From Lama guanicoe (taxonomy: Eukaryota), in contig MU053520.1 of the NCBI GenBank assembly GCA_013239625.1, positions 338,934-402,933 of the forward strand: a DNA stretch of 64,000 bases. The letters are read 5' to 3'. The position numbers and the translations under genes are program-made. Each line of letters begins with the position of its first letter. Position 1 is the stretch's first letter. Below the pieces are notes generated by a model that worked only from the letters and a program-made list of their open reading frames with translations, was not told where the DNA came from and ran no database searches. Below, in pieces: positions 12,842 to 26,100 of this stretch.

Positions 12842-13702
12842 AAAAGAAGAAGTGGAGAACCAGTATTAATTGAAAGAACAAGAGAAAACCCCTGAAAGAG
12901 TGATCAATGAAATAGACCTCGATAGTCTAATAGGAGTGATCAAAGCACTGAAGGAACTGGAAGAGATTATGACAAATACTTTAGAAAGGTAATTGAAACT
13001 CTAAAGAGGAGCCAATTAAAAACAGAAAACTGAATGGCAGAGATAAGAATCAAGCTAAAGGCTTTTGAAAGCAAACTAGATAATACAGAAGAATGAATAA
13101 GTGACTTGGAAGATGGAATAACAGAAGTCATCCAATCAGAACAGCAGAGAGAAAAGCAAGTAAATACCAATGAAAGCAATATAAGGGACTCATGGGATAA
13201 TATAAAGCACAGAAACCTATGCATAATAGGGGTCCCAGAAGGAGAAGAAACAGCAAAGGGGATTGAAAAGATATTTGAATAAATCATGATGGAAAAATTC
13301 TCAATCCTAAAGAAAGAATCATATACCCAGACACAGAAAGCACATAGGGGCCCCAACAAAAAGAACCCAATAAACCTACACCAAGACATATTATAATTCA
13401 GATGGCCAAAGTTAAAGATAAAGAAATGATTCTAAAGGCAACAAGAGAAAAATAAAGAGTTAATTATGAGGGAATCCCCATAAGGATTTCAGCTGATTTC
13501 TCCACACAAACACTGCTGGCCCAAAGGGAGAGGCAAAATATATCCAAAGTCCTGTATGAGAAAAGGCCACAACCTAGGATACTCTATCCAGTGAGATTAT
13601 CCTTTAGAGAAGGAGAGATAAAAATTTCAGAGAGGTGAAAACTAAAAGAATTCAGCAATACTAAACCTCTGTTAAAAGAAATATTGAAAGGAATATCTGA
13701 AT
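12842..13702 (+). pseudogene. L1 ORF1p remnant (coiled-coil/RRM/CTD) with stops and frameshifts
   Basis: ataataggggtcccagaaggagaagaa (IIGVPEGEE) and acaccaagacatattata (TPRHI). Start ATG lost relative to the copy at 58983. Ends approximate. Confidence 0.85.
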
Positions 13703-14116
13703 AGTAAAGAAGAAGGATGCTATAGAAAGGAGAAAACCATAACTGGAAAGGTGGTAACTACAATGAGTTGCAACAGAATAGACATGAAGATGTAAAAGAG
13801 GACATCAAAATCATTAAAGGTGGGAGAGGGGAGCAGGAAAATATAGATTGTTTTCTTTTGTGTTTTTTTTTGTTGTTTTTGTTATTTTTAGGATGTGCCT
13901 GAGCCTACATGACCATCAGTCTAAAGAAAACAGATAGAGTAATGGGTTAATATACTTAAAAAACAGGGTAACTGCAAGTCAAAAACATACAACAGAGTCA
14001 CAAAAACCTAAAAGAAACTGAAATAATACAAAAGAAAATTATCAAACCACAAAATGAGAAATAAAAAGAAAGGAACAAAGGAGAAATACCAAATCAACTG
14101 GAAAACTAAGTTCAAA

Positions 14117-17100
14117 ATGGCAATAAACAAACATCTAACAATAATTACCAAATGCCAATAGATTAAATGCCTTAATTAGAAGAAATAGACTAGCAGTTTC
14201 GATAATAAAACAAGAACCTAGAATGAGCTGTATACAAGAGACTCATCTTTGGGAAAAGGACACACATAGATTGAAAGTGAGAGGATGGAAAAAGATATTT
14301 CATGCAAATGGAAATGATAAGAAAGCAGGAGGAACAATATTGATTTCAGACAAAATAGACTTTAAAACAAAGGCCATAAAGAAAGGTAAAGAAGGACACT
14401 ATATAATGATTAAAGGAGCAATACAAGATGAGGTTATTAAATTCATTAACATATATGCACCCAATATAGGAGCACCTAAATACATAAAGCAAATGCTAAC
14501 AGATATAAAGGGAGAAAACGATGGGAACATAATCATAGTAGGAGACTTTAACACCCTATTAACATCACTGAAGAGATCTTCAAGACAGAAAATCAAGGTA
14601 ATGGAGAAAGTAAATGACACAATAGAACAGTTGGACTTGGTTGATATTATCACCGCAAAATAGAATATACATTATTTTCAAGTGCACATAGAACATTCTC
14701 TAGGATAGATCATGTACTCGGGCACAAAAGAAGCCTCAACAAATGTAAGAGGATAGAAATTATTTCAAGCATCTTTCCTAATTACAATGCCATGAAACTA
14801 GAACTCAAACACAGAAAAACAAAGGAGAAAAAATGACCGCATGGAGATTAAACAATGTGCTAATAAAGAACCAATGGGCCAATGATGAAATCAAAGAACT
14901 AATTAAAAAAGTACTTTGAGACAAATGACAATAAAAACACAATGACAAAAAAAATCTATGGGATGCAGAAAAACAGTCCTAAGAGGGAAGTTCATAGCAA
15001 TACAAGTCTTCTTCAAAAAAGAATAACAATCTCAAATAAACAACCTAAGCTACCAGCTAAAAGATTTAGATAAAGAAGAACAAATAAAACCAAAAGTCAG
15101 CAGAAGAAAGGCCATAATAAAGATCAGTGAAGAAATAAACAAAATAGAGATCAAAAAAATTTTAAAAATCAATCAAACCAAGAGTTGTTTTTTTGAAAGA
15201 ATAAACAAAATTGACAAGCATCTGGCCAGACACATCAAGAAGAAAAGAGAGAGAACACATATTAAATAAGAAAGGAAAACGGAGAAATTATAACCAATAT
15301 CACAGAAATAAAAAACATCATGAGAGAATATTATGAACAACTCAATGGAAACAAATTGGATAACCAAAAAGAAATGGACAAGTTTTTAGAAACATACAGC
15401 CCACCAAAACTGAATCAAGAAGAAATAGATCATTTTAACAGACCAATCACTAGATGTGAAATAGAATCAGCAATAATAAACCTCCCTGCAAACAAAAGTC
15501 CAGGACCAGATTGCTTCACTGGGGAATTCTATCAAACATACAAAGAAGAACTCATACTGACCCTTTGCAAACTCTTCCTAAAGACTGAAAAGGAGGGAAT
15601 ACTCCCAAACTCATTCTATGAAGCCACCATCACCCTGATACCAAACGAGACAAAGCTATTATCAAAAAAAAAATTGCAGGCCAATATCACTGATGAACAT
15701 AGATTCAAATATCCTCAACAAAATATTAACAAACAGAATCCAACAGCACATAAAAAAGATCATACACCATGATCAAGTTGGATTCATCTCAGGGACACAG
15801 GGATGGCTAAACATATGCAAACCAATCAATGTGATACACCACATCCACAAAAGAAATAACATAAACCACATGATCATCTCAACAGTTGCATAAAAAGCAT
15901 TTGATAAAATTCAACACACATTTATGACAAAAAAAAATCTTACCAAAGTGGGTATAGAGGGAACAGATCTCAACATAATAAAAGCTATTCATGACAAACC
16001 TACAGCCAGCATAGTACTCAGTGGTGAATAACTGAAAGCCTTCCCACTAAAATCTGCAACAAGACAAGGTTACCCACTCTCAACACTTTTATTCAGCACA
16101 GTCTTGGAAGTCCTAGCTACAACAATCAGGCAAGAAAAATAAATTAAAAGTGTCCAAATTGGAAAAGAAGAGGTAAAACTGTCACTATATGCAGATGACA
16201 TGATACTATATGTAGAAAACCAAAAAAACTCCACAAAAAACTGATAGAGCTAATATAAGAATCTGGTAGGATAGCCCGATACAAGATTAACATACAAAAA
16301 TATGTTGCATTTCTTTACATTAACAATGAATCAACAGGAAAAGGAAGAAAAGTAACAATCCCTTTTAAAATTGCATCCAAAACAATAAAATACTTAAGAA
16401 TAAATCTGACCAAGGAGATGAAAGACTTATACATGGAGAACTACAGAACATTTATGAAGGAAATAAAAGAAAACTTAAAGATATGGAAATATATTTCATG
16501 CTCTTGGGATTGGAAGAATCAATATTGTTAAATTGGCCATACTGCCCAAGACAATCTACAGTTTTAATGCAATCCCTATCAAATTATCCAAGACATTTTT
16601 TTAACGGAACTGGAACAAATGATCCTAAGATTTATATGACATCACAAAAGAACCAGAATTGCCAAAGGAATATTGAAGAAAAACAATGAATCTGGAGAAA
16701 TAAACCTCCCAGTCTTCAGACAACATTACAGAGCTACAGTAATCAAAACAGGATGGTATTGGCATAAAAACAGATGTGTATCAATGGAACAGAATAGAGA
16801 GCCCAGAAATAATTCCACAGACCTATGGTCAATTATTCTTTGACAAAGGAGGCAAGAATATACAATGGAGAAAAGACATTATCTTCAGCAAGTGGTGTTG
16901 AGAAAAGTGGGCAGTAGCATGTAAGTCAATGAAGTTAGAACACTTCCTCATTCTATACATAAAAATAAACTCAAAATGGCTTAAATTATTAAATATAAGA
17001 CAACACAATAAGTCTCCTAGAAGAAAACATGCAAGACATTCTCTGACATAAATCTTAGCAATGTTCTCCTAGGGCAGTCTACCCAAGCAATAGAAATAAA

Positions 17101-17905
17101 AGCAAAATTAAACAAATGGGACCTAATTAAGCTCATAAGCTTTTGCAGAGCAAAGGAAATCATAAATAAAACAAAACGACAACTTACAGAATGGTAGAAA
17201 ATATTTGCAAATAATATGACTGACAAAGGCTTAATTTCCAGTATATATAAACAGTCCATAGAACTTAATAACAAAACAAACAAACAAACAATCAACCCGA
17301 TCCAAAACTGGGCTGATGACCTAAACAAGAAATTCTTTAGTGAAGATATACAAATGGCCAATAAGCATATGAAAAAACAAAAGCTCAATGTCACTAATTA
17401 TCAGAGAAATGCAAATCAAAACTACAATAAAGTATCAACTGACACCAGTCAGAATGGCCATCATTCAAAAATCCATTAATGATAAATGCTGGAGAGGGTG
17501 TGGGGAAAAGGGAATCCTCTTACACTGCTGTGGGAATGCAGTTTGGTGCAGCCATTATGGAAATTCCTCTAAAAAGTGAAAAATAGACATACTATATGAT
17601 CCAGCAATCCCACACCTGGGTATATATCTGGATGGATCTCTAATGTGAAAAGATACATGTAGCCAAATGTTTATAGCAGCACTATTTGCAATAGCCAAGA
17701 CATAGAAGCAAACTAAATGTCCATTGACAGATGACTGGATAAAGAAGTTATGGTATATTTATACAGTAGAATATTACTCTGTCATAAAACGTATAAAATA
17801 ATGCTATTTGGAGCAGCATGTATGGACCTAGGGATTGTCATCCTAAGTGAAGTAAGCCAGAAAAAGAAAAGTACCACATGATATCACTCATATGTGGAAT
17901 CTGAA
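14117..17905 (+). pseudogene. L1 ORF2p remnant (APE endonuclease, reverse transcriptase, C-terminal domain)
   Basis: ATG at 14117. EN motifs CIQETH, NIYAPN and GDFNT (ORF 14223-14663); [21 protein letters not shown] at 16188-16199; LLHCCG near 17520. Many disruptions. Confidence 0.95.
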
Positions 17906-20072
17906 AAAAAAAAAAGGCGCTATGTACTCATCTACAAAAGAGAAACAGACTCACAGACTTAGTAGACAATCTTATGGTTACTGGGGAAAGGAGCTGGGAA
18001 GGAATAAATTTGGGAGTTTGAGATTTACAAATGTTAGCCACTATATAAAAATAGATTTTTTTAAAGTTTCTTCTGTATAGCATAGGGAACTATGTTCAAT
18101 ATCTTGTAATAACCTTTATTTGTTTTTAACTTTTTTTATTGAGTAATAGTCATTTTACAATGTTGTGACAAATTCCAGTGTAGAGCACAATTTTTCAGTT
18201 ATACATGAACATACATATATTCATTCACATTTTTTTCACTGTGAGCTACCACAAGATCTTGTATATATTTCCCTGTGCTATACAGTATAATCTTGTTTAT
18301 CTATTCTGCATATGACTGTCAGTATCTACAAATTTTGAAATCCCAGTCTGTCCCTTCCCATGCCTCTCCCCCTTGGCAACCACAAGTTTGTATTCTATGC
18401 CTATGAGTCTGTTCCTATTTGTATTTATGTTCTTTTTTTTTCCCTTAGATTCCACATATGAGTGATCTCATATGGTATTTTTCTCTCTCTTTCTGGCTTA
18501 TTTCACTTAGAATGACGTTCTCCAGGAACATCCATGTTGCTGCAAATGGTGGTATGTTGTCATTTTTTATAGCTGAATAGTATTCCATTGTATAAATATA
18601 TCACTTCTTCTTTATTCAGTCATCTGTTAATGGACATTTAGGCTGTTTCTATGTCTTGGCTGTTGTAACTAGTGCTTCTGTGAACATTGGGGTGCAGATG
18701 TCTTTTTGAAGTATGGTTCCTTCTGGAATTCCTGGGTCATATGGTAAGTCTATTCCTAGTCTTTTGAGGAATTGCCATACTGTTTACCACAGTGGCTACA
18801 CCAAACTGCATTCCTACCAGCAGTGTAGGAGGATTCCCTTTTCTCCACAGCCTATCCAGCATCTGTCATTTGTGGATTTTTGAATGATGGCCATTCTGAC
18901 TGGTGTGAGGTGATACCTCATTGTAGTTTTGATTTGCATTTCTCTGATAATTAGTGATATTGAGCATCTCTTTGTGTGCCTATTGATCATTTGTATTTCT
19001 TCCTTGGAGAATTGCTTCTTTCAGCCTTCTGCCCATTTTTGGATTGGGATTTTTTATTATTATTATTATTATGTCATATGAGCTGCTTATGTATTCTGGA
19101 GATCAAGCCTTTGTCAGTTTCATCATTTGCAAAAATTTTCTCCCATTCCGCAAGTTGTCATTTTGTTTTACTTATGGTTTCCTTTGCTGTGCAGAAGCTT
19201 GTAAATTTAATTAGGTCCCATTTATTTATTCTTGCTTTTTTTTCCTATTGCTTGGATAGACTGCCCTAGGAGAACATTTTTGAGATGTATGTCAGATAAT
19301 GTTTTGCCTATATTTTCTTCTAGGAGGTTTATTGTATCTTGTCTTATGTTTAAGTCTTTGATCCATTTTGAGTTTATTTTTATGTATGGTGTAAGGGAGT
19401 GTTCTAGCTTCATTGATTTACATGCTGCTGCCCAGTTTTCCCAACACCATTTGCTGAAGAGACTGTCTTTATTCCATTGTATATTCTTGCCTCCTTTGTG
19501 GAAGATGAGTTGACCAAAAGTTTGTGGATTCATTTCTGGGCTCTCTATTCTGATCCATTGGTCCATATGTCTGTTTTTGTACCAATACCATGCTGTGTTG
19601 ATTACTGTAGATCTATAGTATTGTCTGAAGTTTGGGAGAATTATTCCTCCAGCCTCTTTCTTTTTCATCAGTATTGCTTTGGCAATTCTAGGTCTTTTGT
19701 GGTTCCAAAAAAGTTTCATTATGGTTTGTTCTAGTTCTGTACCATTCTAGTTCTAATGCCATTTAGAGCAACATGTATGGACCTAGGGATCATCATTCTA
19801 AGTGAAGTAAGCCCTAAAAAGAAAAGTATCACATGATATCACTCATATGTGAAATCTAAAAACTAAAAGAAGACTATGAATTCATCTACAAAACAGAAAC
19901 AGACTCACAGATTTAGTAGACAAGCTTATGGCTACTGGGGAAAGGAGTTGGGAAGGAATAAATTTGGGAGTTTGAGATTTACAAGTGTTAGCCACTATAT
20001 AAAAATAGATTTTTAAAAATGTTTCTTCTGTATAGCACAGGAAACTATGTTCAATATCTTGTAATAACCTTT
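17799..20072 (+). repeat. ~320-bp direct repeat pair (17799-18117 and 19754-20072) flanking the nested L1
   Basis: Both copies run taatgc...ttgtaataaccttt and are colinear, roughly 90% identical by eye. Confidence 0.9.
18118..19740 (-). mobile_element. 5'-truncated younger LINE-1 inserted antisense into the host L1 3' UTR
   Basis: T-rich tail 18118-18138; 3' UTR of the same type as at 1612 and 40937; ORF2 C-terminus in ORF 19222-19719 ([10 protein letters not shown]...AWYWYKNRH...KWCWENW). Confidence 0.95.
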
Positions 20073-20436
20073 AATAAGAAAAAAATGAAAATGAATGAAT
20101 GTGTTTATATGCATGACTGGGACATTGTCTTATACACCAGTAATTGTCACATTGTAATTGAATGTACTTAAATTTAAAAATAAATAAATAAAAATAATTA
20201 AAAAAGAAAATTAGCACAAAATTAGGAAGGTGGTCCAGACCAAGCATAACTGGGTTAATTTGAATCAAAAAATTGGTTTAAGTGTAAAAAACCATAAGAA
20301 ATGCATTTTGATTATTGTATATAGACATCATGACTCAAGAGATTTCCAATTTAAAGTCTTCTGTCTTATCGTAGATAAAGTCTGGTTGGAACTATCTAAA
20401 GCACTGTACTTGGGACTATAGTATGTTTTATACTGA

Positions 20437-20888
20437 ATATATTCATTTCCTAGGGTTGCCATAACTAGTTATAACAAACTAATTGCCTTATAACAGCAGA
20501 GATTTATACTTTCACAATTCTAGGATGTAGAAGTCTAAAATCAAGGTGCTGGCAAGGCAGTCCTTCCTCCAGTGGCTGTAGTTAAATGCTTCCCAGCCCA
20601 TTCCATCTTGTGGATTTGTCAGCTAGCCTTGTCATTTCTGGGCTTGTATGTAGATGCATTACTGCAATTTGTGCCTTCACTTTTACATGACCTTCTCCTC
20701 TGTGCATTGTGCTCAAATTTCCTTCTTCTTATGAGGACATCAGTTATATTTGATTAAGGTTCACCCTAATCCAATATGACCTCATAATAGTATGATTACA
20801 TTTGCAAAGAATCTATTTCCAAAGAAAGTAACACTCAGTTTCTGATGAAAATTGATTTGTGGAGGGGGCACTATTTAACTTAATGTAG
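20437..20888 (-). mobile_element. MaLR solo LTR (MLT1B/C-like)
   Basis: ttcctagggttgccataac...agaagtctaaaatcaaggtgctggcaagg...ttcttatgaggacatcagt...atttgcaaagaatctatttccaaa. Confidence 0.8.
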
Positions 20889-22842
20889 CTGGTATTCTAA
20901 TGAGAAATATGCAAATACATATGACTGATGAATCACTTATACACTTTTTTCTCTGTAAAATGTAATTTACTAACACACCTTATATATCAGAAAATTTGTG
21001 GCAGTATAGTGATTTTATTAACACTATTCAAGAGATAAGGATATGACAGTTACTTTATGTTGGGAGATAAAATTTGTCTCTATAACTTTGTCACATTGTT
21101 GTAAGGATCTTATAAGTTTTAGCAATAATTACTTCATTATCTTTGTATTTGCATTCAATAAGCCATCATGTGCAAGTTGTAGGTTAGAAATAAAGAAAGT
21201 TTAGCCTGATTACAAGGCTGCTACATCTTGTTCTTGTGGAAGAGAGATAAACAATCTTCATAACAAGGATAAGCTAACAACAATAACAAAAAAAAATTTT
21301 CTATCAGCAGGGCTTATTCTTGCTTTTTACATGATAAATAAAATATACTAGATTATGTATGAGGTTTCAAAATAACATGACTAGCTATAATTAACTCACT
21401 AATTAGCAAGTGAATTCACCACTTTCACAGGTTAGAGGACAATAGCAAATTACAGTGAGTCTGCTATACTAGATAAATGATGCAGGCTTAATAAATACTT
21501 AACATAAAATAAATTTAAATATAATATAGGATCGTTCTTTCTAGTGAGGAATGATAGGAGGTGGAGGATAAAGTATATTTTAATGAAATATTTGAGATTT
21601 TCAGAAAAAATTCTATATAAAATTTAAAGTTTCGTATTATAAATATACCATATATGGCCAAAGGCTAAGAATTAAAGGATAATTAAGAGCAACAATTACA
21701 AAATTCAAGCCTTAGACAAACCTTAGACAGTGTAAATCAATACATCTTGAGCTAGCACCATACATGGATTTGAATGTGCAATTTTTGCCTAATATTAAAA
21801 TTTTCAAAAAGGTACAACACAGCAAAATGGAATTGTCACCCTTAAATCAATGGGATGAATCATTATATTTGAATATATATTGGCTCTGGGTGATAGAAAA
21901 TTAAAAATTATCTACAATTTCACTGAGAGGATATTGTAGATTAGAAACTTTAACAAAATAACCTATGAATAAATAAAGCAAATTCTGACAGAATTAAAAA
22001 GAGAGACTAAATTTTAGTGCATTCTATTCAGTGATTGATAGAAGAAACAAACATAAGAATTTATAAGACAGAGATTTCTTCTCATAATGGAGGAGGAAGA
22101 AAGTGCACCACTGCACAAACCCTGGCAGATAACAAATACAAAAAGTAAATATTTTAAAATAAATAATTTCTTGAAAGATAGGAATGCATTCAATCGCTGA
22201 CAGAAATCAAAGGAGAGTTTAGTCTTAAAAAATTGCAACCACAAAGGATAAGAATTGTGAATTTGTCACTTGCTAATCCAACAGTCTAGCCCAACCTCCA
22301 TGGTCATAGCTGTGAAAAACTATGGAAGGCAAAACTTACAGCCTATTTTGGGTACAGATAATTGAAATGAAGTAGTCAGAACCAGGAGACAATTGAAAAT
22401 GTAAAAGGGAAACCCTGGCAGCACAATTATACCACAAATGAGACCTACATTTGAGCACAAAATGCCCAAATTCCTGTCTGACAAGTTAAAATAATGTGTA
22501 CAAGGGGACCAAGAGGCATGGCAGAAAAGTAGGTAGAAATCAGAAATGTCTCCTAAAGACAGAAGGAGTTACAGGTACCAGATATGAAAGTCTGATGTTT
22601 TCCTTCCCTGAGCGTATTCCCCAACCGTGCTCAGTACAGGCAGCAGGGTGAACCCCTGCTTAGATCCCTGGCACAGAGAAGATCCACAGGGAACCCAGAT
22701 TAAAAAGTTCAAGAACAGAATAAATTTATCAGCAGCTGCATATCAAGGAAAAGACAGTTTGCAATTTGAGCCAGATATGTTAACTGCCTACTATTACAAA
22801 ACCAAGAATCCACAGACTACAACAGAATCAAGAACCACTCTA

Positions 22843-25061
22843 GAGGCATACCTCATTTTATTGGGCTTCATTTTATTGTGCTTCATAGCTACTGTGATTT
22901 TTTTTTAACAAATTAAAGTTTTATGGCAATCTTGTGTCAGCAATTCTATCAGAGCCATTTTTCTAACATTTGCTTACTTTCTGTCTCTGTGTCACATTTT
23001 GATAATTCTCACAATATTTCATATTTTTGTGATGTTCGGTGATCGGTGATCTTTAATGTTACTATTATAATTGTTTGGGAGCACCACAAACTGTGTCTAC
23101 TTGGACAATGTATCCAATCCATAAATGTTGTGTGTGTTTGAAAGGAAGACTCACACATCTCTTACTTTAAACAAACAAAAAACTAGAAAGGATTAAGCTT
23201 AGTGAGGAAAGCATGTTCAAAAGCCAAGATAGGCTGAAAACTAGGCCTCTTGCTACAGTTGTTGTGAATTCAAAAGAAAAGTTTTTAAGGAAATTAAAAT
23301 TGCCGCTTTAGTGAACTCACAAATGATAAGAAAGGGAAACAATCTTATTGCTGATATGGAAAAAAGTTTTATTGGTCTGGATAGAAGATCAAACCAGCCT
23401 CAATATTCTCTTAAGCCAAAGCCTAATCCAGAGCAAGGCCCTAACTCTCTTCATTTCTATGAAGGTGAGAAAACTGCAGAAGAAAAGTTCAAAGCTAGAA
23501 GAGATTTAAGGAAAGAAGTATTATCTATAACATGAAAGTGTAAGGGGAAGCAGCCAGGGCTGATGTGGAAGCTGCATCACCTTATGCAAAAGATCTAACT
23601 AAGATCATTAATGAAGGTGACTACAACAGACAACAAACTTTCAGTGTAAAACAAACAGCCTTCCATGTGAAGAAGATGCCATCGAGGACATTCATAGCTA
23701 GAGAGAAGTCAATGAGCCTTCAAAGTCTCAAAGTGCAGGCTGACTCTTTTGATAGGGGTTAATGCAGTTAGCAAATTTATGTTGAAGCTAATGCTTATTT
23801 ACCATTCTTAAAATCCTAGGGTCTTTAAGAATTATACCAAATCTACTCTGTGTGCTCTATAAGTAAAACAACAAAGATTGGTTGACAACACATTTATTTG
23901 CAACATGGTTTACTGAATATTTTAAGTGTACTGTTGAAACTTTCTACTCAGAAAAGAAAAAAATCCTTTCAAAATGTCACTGTTCACTGACAATGTACCT
24001 GGTCACCCAAGAGCTCTGATAAAGATGTACAACAAGATTAATGTTGTTTTCATGCCTGCGAACACAACATTCTTTCTGCAGCCCATGGATCAAGAAGTAA
24101 TTTCAAATTTCAAGACTTATTCTTTGAAAAATAGATTTCATAACACTATAGCTGTCATAGATTGGAATTCCTGTGATAGATCTCTGGAAAGTAAATTGAA
24201 AACTTTCTGGAAAGGATTCACCCTTCTAGATGACATTAAAAACATTGATGATTTATGGGAAGAGACCAAAATATCAACATTAACAGAGGTTTGGAAGAAG
24301 CTGACTCCAACCTTCATGGATGATTTTGAGGGGTTCAAGACTTTAGTTGAGAAGGTAACTTCAAGTGTGGTGGACATAGCAAGGGAAATAGAAGTGGAGC
24401 CTGGAGGTGTGGCTGAATTGTTGCAATCTCATGAAAAACTTTAGTAGGTGATATGTGGCTTATAGAGGAGTAAAGAATGTGGTTTCTTGAGATGGAATCT
24501 ATTCTTAGTAAATATGCTGCGAGCATTGTCAAAATGACAACTAAAATTTAAAGTATTACATAGACTTAGTTGATAAAGCAGCAGCAGGCTTTGAGAGAAC
24601 TGACTCCAACTTTGAAGAGAAGTTCTACAGTGGGTAAAATGTTACCAAACTGCATTGCATGGTACAGAGAAGTCATTTGTGAAAAGAAACATCACTTGAT
24701 GTGGCAAACTTCATTGATGTCTTATTTTAGAAATTGCCACAGCCACGCCAATTTAGAAATCACTTCCCTGATCAGTCATCAGCCATCGACATCAAGGCAA
24801 GACTCTCAATCAACAAAAAGATTATGACTCATAGAAGGTTCAGATGATGGTTGCACCTTTTAGCAATAAAGTATTTTTAAATTAAGATATGTATACTTTT
24901 TTAATGTAATTCTTTTGCACACTTAATAGACTACAGTATAATATAAGCATAACTTTTATATGCACTGGGAAACCAAAAAATTTGTACAATTCATTTATTG
25001 CACTATTCACATTATCATGGTAGTCTGGAACTCAACCCACAACATTTCTGAAGAATGCCTG
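22843..25061 (+). mobile_element. Tigger1 (TcMar-Tigger/pogo) DNA transposon, near full length
   Basis: TIR-like ends gaggcatacctc / gaagaatgcctg, flanked by TA at 22841-22842 and 25062-25063; internal transposase remnants. Confidence 0.93.
23140..24660 (+). pseudogene. Tigger1 transposase remnant (HTH and DDE)
   Basis: Fragments IRKGNNLIADMEK, KKMPSRTFIAREKSM and DNVPGHP...FMPANTT..LQPMDQEVISNFK (ORF 23974-24444); frameshifted. Confidence 0.88.
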
Positions 25062-25874
25062 TAATGTATTAGCAACTTTGTCCAATTTTCAACAAAAATG
25101 TGTTAGACATTTATATAAACAGGCAAGAGTGGCTCATTATAAGGCCAAATAATGAATAGAAACAACTCTTTGATTACTTGTGTCCAATTACTCTATCTGT
25201 TTTACTTATGGCACCATAATTTAATTTTTTTTCATTTTGTGACATATATGGGTATCATACTGTGAAAGTTGCTCCACGGTACTCAAGGTTTTCCCTTATT
25301 TAATTTAGTAACTTGCTCTAATATGCAATAGTTCCTGTCAAACCCTTAATAAGAATCTTTTTTTTAGGAAAAGTCAGTAGCATTTTCTACTGATTACTCA
25401 GATTTGATAAATTCATGAGGTGGTCCTGACTCAAGCATGAAGTAGATATTCAGTCTGAGCGCTGTTATTTCCTGGTATCTCAAAATAGTCTTTCAGTCAT
25501 TAGCCCAGTAGCCAGCGTGGCTAGAAAGAGCCCTGGGAGTCTTATAATTTTCATTGCACTTTTGCATGTCATTTTTCTGTCTCCTAACTCCACTATGTAC
25601 AGTTATTGTTATCATGTCCTATTTGGCATTTTCTGAGGCTCATAAAATGGCTTTCTTTTCCAAATTTTAGCACTGTGCTTACTTCTCTACTTTAGTAAAC
25701 AGATGTTTGTTGAATGCCCAGTCTGTCCATTATAATTCTAGCAAGTGAAAGAGAAAGGGAGCTTGTCTTCAAATTGAAGTTTCTCCTAATCCTTACTACC
25801 TTATCTTTGTCCTTAAGAATATGCTTATGCCCTGAGAACTCTGCCTAACACTCCATTTCCTCCCCCACCCAAGT

Positions 25875-26100
25875 TTTATAGAGAAATAATCAACCATATA
25901 AATTTAAGGTGTACAGCATGAAGGACTGATTTTGTTGTAAATGATTGTAAAATGGTTGTTGTAAAATGTTGTAAATGTTGTAAAATGATTACCACAATAG
26001 GTTTATCTTACATCCATTATCTCATACAGATAAAAAAAATAAAACAAAATTCTCCTTGTGATGAGAACTATTAGTATCTACTCTCTTATCCAATTCCCTT
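25875..26100 (-). mobile_element. Older L1 3' terminal fragment (L1MA9-like)
   Basis: aaatttaaggtgtacagcatga...aaatgattaccacaatag...ttctccttgtgatgagaact...tctactctctta. Confidence 0.7.

Larger units (their letters stand above)
10968..20203 (+). mobile_element. Full-length decayed LINE-1 (5' UTR, ORF1, ORF2, 3' UTR, A-rich tail) hosting a nested L1
   Basis: 5' UTR starts gggagagtggccaagat; ORF1 and ORF2 remnants in order; A tail ~20176-20203. TSD aagaaaatt at 10959-10967 and 20204-20212 (13 bp with one mismatch if extended). Confidence 0.95.
22300..25175 (+). mobile_element. Ancient L1M 5'-region fragment interrupted by Tigger1
   Basis: Sequence either side of Tigger1 (acagaatcaagaacc | tccaattttcaacaaaaatgtgttagacat...aaacaggcaagagtggctcat) resembles the segment just before old L1M ORF1. 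Left boundary uncertain. Confidence 0.4.

Noticed and set aside
14117..17905. Active reverse transcriptase/endonuclease gene or novel RT system
   Set aside because: Standard L1 ORF2 broken by many stops and frameshifts; not retrotransposition-competent.
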